From positions 1 to 50,089 of the IMG/VR virus record IMGVR_UViG_3300029183_000007: 50,089 nucleotides of DNA; one strand, given 5' to 3'. The notes beneath the pieces were generated by a model. It was not told the DNA's origin. It saw only the letters and a program-made list of their open reading frames with translations, and made no database searches. Origin of the DNA: a virus. Its lineage: Duplodnaviria > Caudoviricetes. This document shows positions 1 through 8,084 of this stretch, one piece after another. The translations under genes were made by a program, and so were the position numbers. Each line of letters starts with the position of its first letter. The first letter of the stretch is position 1.

Positions 1-17
1 GTTTCCCAGTCACGATC
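1..17 (+). other. Library primer GTTTCCCAGTCACGATC (random-amplification/SISPA-type tag); artefact
   Basis: M13-derived tag; its exact reverse complement is at 50073-50089, outside the genomic terminal repeat. Confidence 0.9.
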
Positions 18-21
18 GCCG

Positions 22-138
22 CGGTCGTCCCGGTTCCCTTGGCAATCGTGTTGATTTTGTTGACCAGGAGGGCTGGGAGTTTGACATTTTTCTTTTCAGG
101 CAATCTCGGCTTTTTGGTCTTGGCCATTGCGACCTCCT
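22..138 (+). repeat. Left copy of 117-bp terminal direct repeat (assembly overlap of a circular genome)
   Basis: cggtcgtccc...gcgacctcct is identical to 49955-50071 and cuts through the 49863-50060 gene. Confidence 0.95.
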
Positions 139-218
139 ATATAAGTGACACCATCAATCTACCACACACCAGGGAGAAAAGCCACAAAGATTTTTCATCT
201 TTTTTCTGGCAATACGTG

Positions 219-247
219 TTGACAATGTCCGATGATGGACTTATACT
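219..247 (+). promoter_or_regulatory. Sigma70-type rightward early promoter
   Basis: TTGACA (219-224), 17-nt spacer, TATACT (242-247), with an AT-rich upstream tract. Confidence 0.85.
226..241. promoter_or_regulatory. Putative operator TGTCC-N6-GGAC(T) in the promoter spacer
   Basis: The same palindrome recurs at 18001-18018 and 49579-49600. Confidence 0.6.
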
Positions 248-434
248 CTTCTACGTACAGAGACGCGTGTGTGTCAGGGACACAAGGGATTGTGGTTAGG
301 GGAAAGAATCTTCGCTCTGGCACACGTCTTTAACCAGGAGGACAGGACGGACGCATGAGAGACAGCTCGCCCCAGCGACAACCCAAGCCCACAACCGTAT
401 TTTCAGTAACCAAGAATTTTCAGGAGGCTATCAC

Positions 435-875
435 ATGACACAACTCAATCAACAACAACAACTCGACGTCGCAGCCACCAGCGCCATTGTAGTTAACGCA
501 CTCAAAGACGCTGTGGCCGAACAACTCCAAAACTTCGCGGAAGGCACACGACAAATAAATAGCCTGGCCGTGATGACTCAACGGTTCACCCAACAACAAG
601 TCTTTCTCCAAACAACGATGGATCTGTATCTGACACTCAAGCCGACCTACGACCAAGCGAAAGCACTGGACAACAAAGCGATGGTAAAAATGGTCAGCAA
701 CCAACTGAAGACGCTCGAACGTAAAGTCGTCGAAATCGTGGTTGCATCCGACCCCGACACCATGACCGAAGAAATCGCTTCAAGGAGTTTCAAAGAGTCT
801 GTGAAGATGATTGAAAGCAAATCCAAGCCAGTCAACCGCATCGAACCTCAACACGTCAACGGTACACTTTACTAA
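435..875 (+). CDS. Hypothetical early protein (helical)
   Basis: 146-aa ORF, AGGAGG RBS, first gene after the promoter. Confidence 0.8.
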   Translation: MTQLNQQQQLDVAATSAIVVNALKDAVAEQLQNFAEGTRQINSLAVMTQRFTQQQVFLQTTMDLYLTLKPTYDQAKALDNKAMVKMVSNQLKTLERKVVEIVVASDPDTMTEEIASRSFKESVKMIESKSKPVNRIEPQHVNGTLY

Positions 876-877
876 GA

Positions 878-991
878 CTCCTTTCGCCCGTCACTTCGTT
901 GGTGGCGGGCACCCCCTGGTCGATTTTCGTTCTAGCCGAGCGGACATCTGCATAGGATGGCCAGGGGATTTTTCCCTTCACCCCAAAGGAG
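878..991 (+). promoter_or_regulatory. Structured intergenic leader whose closing helix covers the next RBS
   Basis: CTCCTTT (878-884) complements AAAGGAG (985-991); internal stems gcccgtcac/gtggcgggc and cccctgg/ccagggg. Confidence 0.5.
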
Positions 992-997
992 ACACTA

Positions 998-1390
998 GTG
1001 AGTATCAAATCTCTCCAAAAAGACATTGACCGGCTCAAAGAAATTCTGGTGGAGTCCCTGGACTCATCGGAATTCAATGACAAGACTGTCGGTTTTCAAA
1101 TCTCCCTTCTGGAAAATATCGCGGCACTCAAACGAGAAATCGCCGAGCTGCAAGACAGCAAGACCAAGCCAATTCCCGAAACACCCACTCGGTTCGAGTA
1201 CCTCGGCTATCTGTGCGAACGAAAACGAGGAGATTTTTTTGGATGCCGTGGCCGCCCCCGAAGCAAATTTGGCTGGCTATTGACACACATCGAGTCTAGC
1301 AAGGAACATCGTCTCAAGCCCAATAGCAATGGCTCTGTACCCAAATCGTTCGCGAAGACGTATGTTGAAGCTCTTGCTGGGGTACAGTAA
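998..1390 (+). CDS. Hypothetical protein, N-terminal coiled coil
   Basis: 130-aa ORF, GTG start after AAGGAG. Confidence 0.75.
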   Translation: MSIKSLQKDIDRLKEILVESLDSSEFNDKTVGFQISLLENIAALKREIAELQDSKTKPIPETPTRFEYLGYLCERKRGDFFGCRGRPRSKFGWLLTHIESSKEHRLKPNSNGSVPKSFAKTYVEALAGVQ

Positions 1391-1395
1391 TCCAT

Positions 1396-1489
1396 AGGCG
1401 CGACCTCGGCGGTGGTGGAAGTGGTTTGACTGTCGATCTGGGAAGTCGTATTCGCTCCATTTCTGTCGGTTCAATTCCGACCGTGCCTA
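1396..1489 (+). ncRNA. tRNA-like element (acceptor stem plus T-arm; no canonical D or anticodon arms)
   Basis: AGGCGCG (1396-1402) pairs with CGTGCCT (1482-1488), directly after the T-arm GTCGG-TTCAATT-CCGAC (1465-1481). Confidence 0.55.
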
Positions 1490-1568
1490 ATCTCTCCTCC
1501 CAGCCCGTCTTTAACTAGCGATGAAGAAGGTAGTACCTTGGGGGGAGAGTCTTTTCTCAGGAGTGAAA

Positions 1569-1868
1569 ATGGATTTTTACTTAGCTGTTGCGGCCACGTC
1601 TGGTGTGATAGGCTTGGCTTGTTTCCTTCTCGGACGCATAACAGCATCGCCGAGAGAAAACCATCTTCAAGAAACCTTGGTCATTGCGACGAAGATAATT
1701 GAAGACTTTTCACCGTTACGAGAGTCCTGTCTTACTCTGGACGGACTCATTACCAAAATGGAGGAAGAATGTCAGAAATCGCAACCGTACCATCCCACCA
1801 GATGGAAAAGTGGGCAAGACAGCCCAGCATCAGCATCGACAGGCAAATCCATGAAAGCCTCTTGCTAG
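1569..1868 (+). CDS. Hypothetical membrane-anchored protein
   Basis: ATG at 1569 after AGGAG; N-terminal hydrophobic helix; 3' end overlaps recT. Confidence 0.6.
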   Translation: MDFYLAVAATSGVIGLACFLLGRITASPRENHLQETLVIATKIIEDFSPLRESCLTLDGLITKMEEECQKSQPYHPTRWKSGQDSPASASTGKSMKASC

Positions 1869-2596
1869 TGTCCGAGCAGTTCGGCAAGTCGAACATGTTC
1901 GGCAAGAACGCCCACCAGGTGTACACGTCCATGATGATCGGGTATGCCCTTGGGCTTGACCCGATCATGTGTGCTGGCAAGATCCACGTGTTCAGCGGCT
2001 CGTACCAAATCCATTACGTGCTGTTGGCCACGATGATCGAACGCAGCACCAAGTACCAGATTGATGAGGTGATCCGGACGGGAAACCAATGCCAAATCGA
2101 CATTTACAAGAACGAAACGAAAATCGCTAGCGTCGTGTGGGACATGGACAGAGCCTCACGAGCTGGCCTAGCAGGAAAGGACAACTGGAAAAAATACCCC
2201 GAAACGATGCTCTACGCACGAGCTGTGACCGAAGCCGTGAACGTCTACATGCCCGATTTGATCGGAACGCCGGTGTACACCGAAGCGGACAACATCGAAG
2301 TGAGCGTATCGCCTAGCACCAATGGCCAGGCCACCCCATCAACACCAAGCCCGAAGCCCACGGAAACGCCAGCAAGCCCACCCCAGGAAGTGCCGACCAA
2401 TCACCTTGACCGCGTCAAAGCGACTTGGATCAATTTCCGGGACACGTGCGGACTCAACGAATTTGACCGCAACAAGTTTTTCACAGACTTGTGTTCTGAG
2501 CATGAAGTAGGGGACGTCAACTCGATGACTCCGCAGCAAGCCGAAGCCATTATCAAGGCCATCGAAGAAAAGAAAAACGCCCTGGGAAATTCGTAA
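1769..2596 (+). CDS. recT: RecT/Red-beta-like single-strand annealing protein
   Basis: GYALGLDP, RAGLAGKDNWKKYPETMLYARA and PD motifs; Pro/Thr linker, then a small helical C-terminal domain. Confidence 0.8.
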   Translation: MSEIATVPSHQMEKWARQPSISIDRQIHESLLLVSEQFGKSNMFGKNAHQVYTSMMIGYALGLDPIMCAGKIHVFSGSYQIHYVLLATMIERSTKYQIDEVIRTGNQCQIDIYKNETKIASVVWDMDRASRAGLAGKDNWKKYPETMLYARAVTEAVNVYMPDLIGTPVYTEADNIEVSVSPSTNGQATPSTPSPKPTETPASPPQEVPTNHLDRVKATWINFRDTCGLNEFDRNKFFTDLCSEHEVGDVNSMTPQQAEAIIKAIEEKKNALGNS

Positions 2597-2754
2597 AGCC
2601 GTACAGACTAATAGCCCTGGTCGGTGCGACTCCCCTGGCAGAGCTGGACGAAGTCTGTCGGGAATTTTTGGGCTATCCGTTCGTGATGGTCACGGACGAA
2701 AATGAAATCGAAAAGATAATGAAAATTCACAAAAAACTCAATGAAAGCGAATAA
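2584..2754 (+). CDS. Predicted -1 frameshift extension of RecT (54 aa)
   Basis: In-frame slippery heptamer G GGA AAT (2584-2590) one codon before the stop; -1 frame open to TAA 2752-2754. Confidence 0.6.
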   Translation, partial: GKFVKPYRLIALVGATPLAELDEVCREFLGYPFVMVTDENEIEKIMKIHKKLNESE

Positions 2755-2756
2755 CA

Positions 2757-3263
2757 ATGACATTTTCCAAACTCAATGACATGAACCCCGAATCGATGGG
2801 TAAGAACCAACACGGTTTTGAGCGTGCCTCTGATGGTTGGCATTGGGCTACCATCCGTGAACACTCCATCAATGACAAAGGTACATTCGTACTAGTCATG
2901 GAAATCCGTGGCGATCACGACGACGATCAAGGTCTGGAGGTCAAATTCTACATGGCCTCGCCGGAAAACTCCAAAGCGAAAATGCAGGCTCTCAAGCGTA
3001 TCGCAACCTTTTCGATGCAGCTCGGTTGCTACGTCGAAATTGATGACGAAAATTTCGACGTCGATTTTAACAAGTGCGTCGGCAAAGACGTGATTGTCGA
3101 ACTCATTACCAACAACGATTTCCAGACCATCAAAGCTCACCATGCGTTCTTGCTTGACCCGTCGTCCGCTCCCAAAGCGAAACCGATGAGCAAAGAAGCG
3201 AAGCAGTACAAAGACAAATACAAAATCGCGTCCAAGCCGGTTCCCACGAACCCGTTTGAATAA
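2757..3263 (+). CDS. Phage single-stranded DNA-binding-like protein (DUF669-like)
   Basis: GWHWATI...DFNKCVGKDVIVEL pattern, NPFE C-terminus, position directly after recT. Confidence 0.55.
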   Translation: MTFSKLNDMNPESMGKNQHGFERASDGWHWATIREHSINDKGTFVLVMEIRGDHDDDQGLEVKFYMASPENSKAKMQALKRIATFSMQLGCYVEIDDENFDVDFNKCVGKDVIVELITNNDFQTIKAHHAFLLDPSSAPKAKPMSKEAKQYKDKYKIASKPVPTNPFE

Positions 3264-3281
3264 CTCGTTCTAACCTAGCCC

Positions 3282-3314
3282 AAGGGGAGCCAACGTTGGT
3301 TCCCCTTCTTTTTT
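3282..3314 (+). terminator. Intrinsic terminator
   Basis: aaggggagccaa/ttggttcccctt stem followed by a T-tract. Confidence 0.75.
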
Positions 3315-3331
3315 ATTCTCAGGAGGTATCC

Positions 3332-5638
3332 ATGAAAGTAATCGAAACCCTAGAGTCCGTGGTCGGTTCACCGCAGAAGGTGATCTACACAAACGAGTGT
3401 GTGGAGAATCCGTTCTCAATCATCGCCATCACCAAAGTGACTGGCCAGGAGTACATCGTCCGGGGGCCAGTCTACTACAACCCTCGCAGCCGGGACAATG
3501 AGTTCCAAATGGGAGTACCCTACGAATTCTTTGGCCGAAAAGAAAACACGCCAGGCTATGGTGAGCAACTCCATTTCCGGTTCCACGCAATGAGTCTCGG
3601 TAGTGATACCGACGCGGGGGCAGCGGTCTACCTGCAACGATTCGAGGGCTTGGGAGCTAAGACCGCGTCCCGACTGGTCAGCCACTACGGGGGACGCGAA
3701 GCTATCGAGCTACTCAAGAACGACCCAGAGAAAGTAATTCGAGACGGCCAGGCCACGCGAAAAGTAGCTGAGGCCACGTCCAAGCAGCTCAGGCTGAACG
3801 AAGAATACACGGACTCGATGCTCGACCTGACCGGGATGCTCGATGGCCACGGATTCCGCAAGGACACTGCCAGGCTATGCCATGAGGCTTGGGGGTCTGC
3901 CGCAGCCGCCCGCGTGCGAGAGAATCCCTTCGTCCTGATGATTGAGGCAATCCAGGGGGCAGGTTACAAGACGTGCGACTCGCTTCACAAATCCCTCAAG
4001 CTCAATCGCAAAGACAAAACCAGGTTGGCACTAGCCGGTTGGTATCACTTGCGGTCGAAGTCTCACGGCTCGGTCTGGCTACCCGCTGGCCAAGTGACCA
4101 AGGCATTTAAGGAAGCTGGCCTATACCAGACCACGGATTCCGTCCCAGCGAAAGACTTGTACCAATACGGCATGAAACACAACATCTTTGCGACGATCAT
4201 GCACAACGATCAGCCACTGGTGGCCGAATACAGTGCGGCTAAATACGAATCCTTGATTGCGGAAAAAATCAACACGATGTTGTCTTGCCAAGAGGACACT
4301 TACTGGCCAAACCCAGCGGACATTGGCGGGCTGTCCAAACACCAGGAGGTCACACTAGAAGAGGCTATGTCCGGACGCGTCGGGATACTCACTGGCACGC
4401 CAGGTACAGGCAAGACGTTCTGTACGGCTCGGCTGATCCAAACCGCTGTCCACCAAGGAATGGAGGTGATGGTGTGCAGTCCGACCGGACGAGCGGCTCA
4501 AAGGCTTAACGAAGCCCTCAAAGAGATTGGTTGCAGTCCGATTGCAAAAACGATTCATTCGTCCATGCGGTATATGTATGAACGCGTCGGTTTGAATCCC
4601 GCCATCCGGTTTGCTCACGACAATGAAAATCCACTCAGTGCGGAGCTGATCATCGTAGATGAGACCTCAATGGTCGAGTCTCAGCTCATGGCTCACCTGC
4701 TCAATGCCGTCCGGCCATCAGCTCACCTGCTGTTTGTCGGTGATGATCAGCAGCTACCACCAGTGGGTAACGGCCATCCGTTCCGGGACATGATACGGTC
4801 AGAACGAATCCCGCTCGGCCAGCTCACCGAGGTTCGCCGCAACTCCGGTGCAATCGTGGAATCGTGCCGACTGATCAGCGAGACCAAACCGCTTTCGCCG
4901 GTGTCAGTGAATGAGCTGCACGAGGAGGCGAACTACGCACACATTGAAATCCAACGACAGAATCAAATCCCAGAGGCCATCAACCAGGTACTCTACTGGT
5001 GTGAGTCTGCTGGGTTTGATCCGGTCGAAGACATGCAATTCATCACGTCGCAAAACAAAAACGGGGAGTTTCCCCGTGAGGCACTAAACAACCTGTTACA
5101 GGAGCGGCTGAACGGCAACAATCCGCACTTGGCCAAGACGGTTGGGTACAAGGTGGACGACAAGGCCATCTGCTTGCGGAATGGGGACTACACGGTCTGT
5201 GCGTACCGTGACGGGGAAGTGACCGACCCGGACAACTATGTCGAGTACAAGGATAAGTCTCGACTGGCAAACGGACAGATTGGATACGTCCGGGCGGTCA
5301 ACGACAAACACACGATCTTTGAATTCGATGGGACGCTTTACAAAGTGTCTAACTACGGGGAAAAGGGTGCGGACAGCCTGTTCTCCTTGGGGTGGGCTGT
5401 TACTGTCCACAAGTTCCAAGGCTCGGAAAGTCCAGTAGTGGTACTATTTCTTGACCCCAAGGCCAGGTTCACCCTGGACAAAAAAGCCCTCTACACAGGC
5501 TTCAGCCGCGGCAAGAAAGCACTCATCACAATCGGGCCACTGTCCGAAGCCCATGCGGCCATGATCCGCACGAGCAACGACAACCGTAAGACGCTGCTAG
5601 TCGAGAAACTGAAAGGAGAGGTGGGCTATGAACTTTAA
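3332..5638 (+). CDS. recD2: RecD2-like SF1B DNA helicase
   Basis: HhH (GLGAKTA), ENPF motif, Walker A GTPGTGKT, IVDETSM, VGDDQQLPPVG, TVHKFQGSE, LYTGFSRGK; AGGAGG RBS before ATG 3332. Confidence 0.92.
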   Translation: MKVIETLESVVGSPQKVIYTNECVENPFSIIAITKVTGQEYIVRGPVYYNPRSRDNEFQMGVPYEFFGRKENTPGYGEQLHFRFHAMSLGSDTDAGAAVYLQRFEGLGAKTASRLVSHYGGREAIELLKNDPEKVIRDGQATRKVAEATSKQLRLNEEYTDSMLDLTGMLDGHGFRKDTARLCHEAWGSAAAARVRENPFVLMIEAIQGAGYKTCDSLHKSLKLNRKDKTRLALAGWYHLRSKSHGSVWLPAGQVTKAFKEAGLYQTTDSVPAKDLYQYGMKHNIFATIMHNDQPLVAEYSAAKYESLIAEKINTMLSCQEDTYWPNPADIGGLSKHQEVTLEEAMSGRVGILTGTPGTGKTFCTARLIQTAVHQGMEVMVCSPTGRAAQRLNEALKEIGCSPIAKTIHSSMRYMYERVGLNPAIRFAHDNENPLSAELIIVDETSMVESQLMAHLLNAVRPSAHLLFVGDDQQLPPVGNGHPFRDMIRSERIPLGQLTEVRRNSGAIVESCRLISETKPLSPVSVNELHEEANYAHIEIQRQNQIPEAINQVLYWCESAGFDPVEDMQFITSQNKNGEFPREALNNLLQERLNGNNPHLAKTVGYKVDDKAICLRNGDYTVCAYRDGEVTDPDNYVEYKDKSRLANGQIGYVRAVNDKHTIFEFDGTLYKVSNYGEKGADSLFSLGWAVTVHKFQGSESPVVVLFLDPKARFTLDKKALYTGFSRGKKALITIGPLSEAHAAMIRTSNDNRKTLLVEKLKGEVGYEL

Positions 5639-6236
5639 GAAAACACCAGGCATGAAGCGGACGTCCAAGCCACGCACTAAGCCGATGCCAAACTCCTACG
5701 TCTCGCACCTGCATATTCTGATCGATTCGGACGAGAAGAGACCGCTCGATTTCCAAGGGCTGACTCAGCGAGTCCAGGGTGAAGACTATCCGCTCCTTGT
5801 GCCGACCACAACAAAGCACTTCGGGGACTTCCGGGGAGACTACGCACTGGCGGGCTACTTCGACCAGTTCCGAATTGAGAGAAAGAGTCTGGAGGACTTG
5901 TACGGTTCTCTCGCTGGTGGCCGCGAACGGCTTAAAAAGACCGTGGCCAATTTTGACCAATTGCCTTATGGTGGTGCGGTGGTCATCGAAGGGACGTTCG
6001 ATGACATCATAAACCACCCACCAGAAATGTCCGACCTAGCGGTCAAGTCGGCGCTACATACTCCCTTGAGCTGGCGGTTTCGTTACCCGTGCGTCCACTG
6101 GTATCACGTACCGACCTACTTTGTCCGCGATGGCGTCCGGGTAGAAGATAGGTCAACGGTCAACGCCGTGGTCTACGGCATCCTGGCCATGTTCCACAAG
6201 ACCTTTACCGATGATGAGAAAGCGAGAAAAAAATGA
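5628..6236 (+). CDS. ERCC4 (XPF/Mus81-type) domain nuclease
   Basis: IDSDE..., GDY..., IERKSLEDL (GDxnERKx3D) and VVIEG motifs. Confidence 0.88.
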   Translation: MNFKKTPGMKRTSKPRTKPMPNSYVSHLHILIDSDEKRPLDFQGLTQRVQGEDYPLLVPTTTKHFGDFRGDYALAGYFDQFRIERKSLEDLYGSLAGGRERLKKTVANFDQLPYGGAVVIEGTFDDIINHPPEMSDLAVKSALHTPLSWRFRYPCVHWYHVPTYFVRDGVRVEDRSTVNAVVYGILAMFHKTFTDDEKARKK

Positions 6237-6625
6237 TCGAAATGAAAGGGGACGTGTCTTTGGAATTAGAGCTGATCAAAGACCACAAACTCGGTCTGTA
6301 CGCAGGAGCAACCTTTGTTCTTAAAGCCAACAGAAAACTAGCAGTAGAGACCTGCATGAATCTACCTCAGTTATTCGCTTTCCAAAAGAGCCTGAATAAC
6401 CTTTGCAAGACTGTGGAGCAATACAATCTTGACATCCACAACGCCCCACTGTCCGACCTCTACTTTGCGTTAATGGAAGAGTATGGCGAACATCGGGACG
6501 ACATCGCGTACTACATGCGAATAGGGGAGCCTCAAAGCGAAGCGTTCGCAGACTTTCTAGAAACCGACCACGGCCAGCGAGCCTTGTCAATCATGCGAGC
6601 CTTGCGAGAGCGTGGCGGTTCCTAG
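6233..6625 (+). CDS. Hypothetical protein
   Basis: 130-aa ORF, ATGA-coupled to the upstream gene. Confidence 0.75.
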   Translation: MIEMKGDVSLELELIKDHKLGLYAGATFVLKANRKLAVETCMNLPQLFAFQKSLNNLCKTVEQYNLDIHNAPLSDLYFALMEEYGEHRDDIAYYMRIGEPQSEAFADFLETDHGQRALSIMRALRERGGS

Positions 6626-6709
6626 GCAGTCATCAAAGCTTCAGACCCAAACATTCTAACCAACTCCCCTGCATTTGGGGAGTACAAATTTTCTTACAGG
6701 GGGAACACC

Positions 6710-6883
6710 ATGTTCAAATTTCAAACACCAACACCGCTGGCTATGGTTATGCTTTTGACCGGCCTGGCTTTAATCTTTGGCTTTAAGGGGTGTGAGTTGA
6801 CCTACGACCATAGCCAGCTCAAGACCAAAGAAAAAGGCAGCTGGAAACTGCAACCTGTTTTTGATGGAAGGTGGTCAAAATGA
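6710..6883 (+). CDS. Small membrane or lipoprotein-like protein (57 aa, below the ORF-track cutoff)
   Basis: AGGGGG RBS; MFKFQTPTPLAMVMLLTGLALIFGFKGCELT...; stop is ATGA-coupled to the next gene. Confidence 0.7.
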   Translation: MFKFQTPTPLAMVMLLTGLALIFGFKGCELTYDHSQLKTKEKGSWKLQPVFDGRWSK

Positions 6884-7329
6884 GAATCCCAACATCACAA
6901 GATTACCCCGCAGAGATACAAGTCCAAGAACACCATATTGCCAAGTCGCTGTTCAAGATGACCAGGGAACACGATCTGCTTTGGGTGATTGCTCCGAAGA
7001 CGACTCTTGACGAGATAACCAATTACACACAAGTCGTATTCAAGGAAGATGGCTTCCTTATGGCTCGTCCGAGAATCAAGTATCTTGATGAAGAGCCCGT
7101 CCCCTGGGTGTGCCTGGCCAACGAAAAGAACTTGCTTGTGTTCGCTGAAAAGGACAATGTGTACATCCTGGTTTGGGGTGAGGTTTGCGGAAGGGATGGA
7201 CAGCCCGCCCCCGAAATGCAAAAAGACCTGCACAACCTGTATCATGCTGCTCGCCAAAGCATTGATGGCGTTCGTGTCCCGCTCTGGCGAGCGCTGACAA
7301 AGACGATGGCGGAGGTGAAAAACTGGTGA
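6880..7329 (+). CDS. Hypothetical protein
   Basis: Coupled overlaps at both ends (ATGA, GTGA). Confidence 0.75.
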   Translation: MRIPTSQDYPAEIQVQEHHIAKSLFKMTREHDLLWVIAPKTTLDEITNYTQVVFKEDGFLMARPRIKYLDEEPVPWVCLANEKNLLVFAEKDNVYILVWGEVCGRDGQPAPEMQKDLHNLYHAARQSIDGVRVPLWRALTKTMAEVKNW

Positions 7330-8084
7330 CGTTCGGTTCTCTCTTTTCAGGCATTGGGGCTATCGATCTTGGGCTAGTCCGGTGTGGCCTCAAGCCCCTG
7401 TTTCAGGTAGAATCCGATGCCTATTGTCAACTCGTTCTCGCGCGACACTGGCCACGCGTGAAGAGATTTAGTGACGTGCGAGACTTCACATCCAAGTCCA
7501 CCAAGCATAGGCCGGATATGCTCTGCGGTGGATTCCCCTGTCAGCCGGTCAGCCAAGCAGGGCAAAGGAAAGGGGCAGATGATGAACGCTGGCTCTGGCC
7601 TGAATTTGACAGAATCATTCGCGAGTTTCGACCGGGATTCGTCCTCTTGGAGAACGTGCCAGCTTTGCTTGGAGCTGATCACGGGAAACTCTTTGGAGGA
7701 GTTCTCCGGGACTTGGCCAGCAGCGGGTATCATGCTCAATGGGGCGTGCTTTCGGCAAGCCAATTTGGTCTACCCCACTTACGGAAACGGGTATTCGTTC
7801 TGGCCTACGCCAATGGCCAGCGATGGACGACGATTCTGGACAAAACCAGAATCATTACTCAACCGCAAGCGATTTCATCCGTGGCATGCCGCACCTGGTT
7901 CTGGAGACCTGGTGACACAAGTTCTGGCCGATCTCGATTGCTACCCCCGGCCAGCTTTCTGCGAAGCCGTGATGAACCTCCCTGCCCACTGGACAGAGAC
8001 CGAATCAAAGCCGTAGGCAATGCGGTGGTTCCTGATTGTGTGATACACATTGTTACAAACTTGAGGAGAGTAATTGATGGTTAG
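7326..8084 (+). CDS. DNA cytosine-5 methyltransferase, large (alpha-like) chain
   Basis: Motif I FSGIG, IV GFPCQ, VI ENV, VIII RKR, X GNAVV; short, with no clear motif IX. Confidence 0.92.
   Translation: MTFGSLFSGIGAIDLGLVRCGLKPLFQVESDAYCQLVLARHWPRVKRFSDVRDFTSKSTKHRPDMLCGGFPCQPVSQAGQRKGADDERWLWPEFDRIIREFRPGFVLLENVPALLGADHGKLFGGVLRDLASSGYHAQWGVLSASQFGLPHLRKRVFVLAYANGQRWTTILDKTRIITQPQAISSVACRTWFWRPGDTSSGRSRLLPPASFLRSRDEPPCPLDRDRIKAVGNAVVPDCVIHIVTNLRRVIDG
7471..8016 (+). CDS. Nested +1-frame ORF: putative small (beta-like) methyltransferase chain
   Basis: 181 codons open inside the MTase gene; WPTPMASDG and a motif IX-like PAFCEAVMNLPAHWT; start position uncertain. Confidence 0.7.
   Translation: MTCETSHPSPPSIGRICSAVDSPVSRSAKQGKGKGQMMNAGSGLNLTESFASFDRDSSSWRTCQLCLELITGNSLEEFSGTWPAAGIMLNGACFRQANLVYPTYGNGYSFWPTPMASDGRRFWTKPESLLNRKRFHPWHAAPGSGDLVTQVLADLDCYPRPAFCEAVMNLPAHWTETESKP

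Noticed and set aside
22-138. Terminal direct repeat as a biological DTR or att site
   Set aside because: It interrupts a gene and is bounded by primers; best explained as assembly overlap of a circular or permuted genome
39-299. 86-aa + strand ORF
   Set aside because: Antisense to the RHH-like gene and runs through the promoter region; no RBS
1396-1489. Calling this a canonical tRNA or tmRNA gene
   Set aside because: No D-stem or 7-nt anticodon loop could be assigned, and there is no G3-U70 pair or tag ORF; kept only as tRNA-like
5628-8084. ERCC4 nuclease plus methyltransferase as a restriction-modification system
   Set aside because: ERCC4 nucleases are structure-specific, and this gene is coupled to the helicase, three genes away from the MTase
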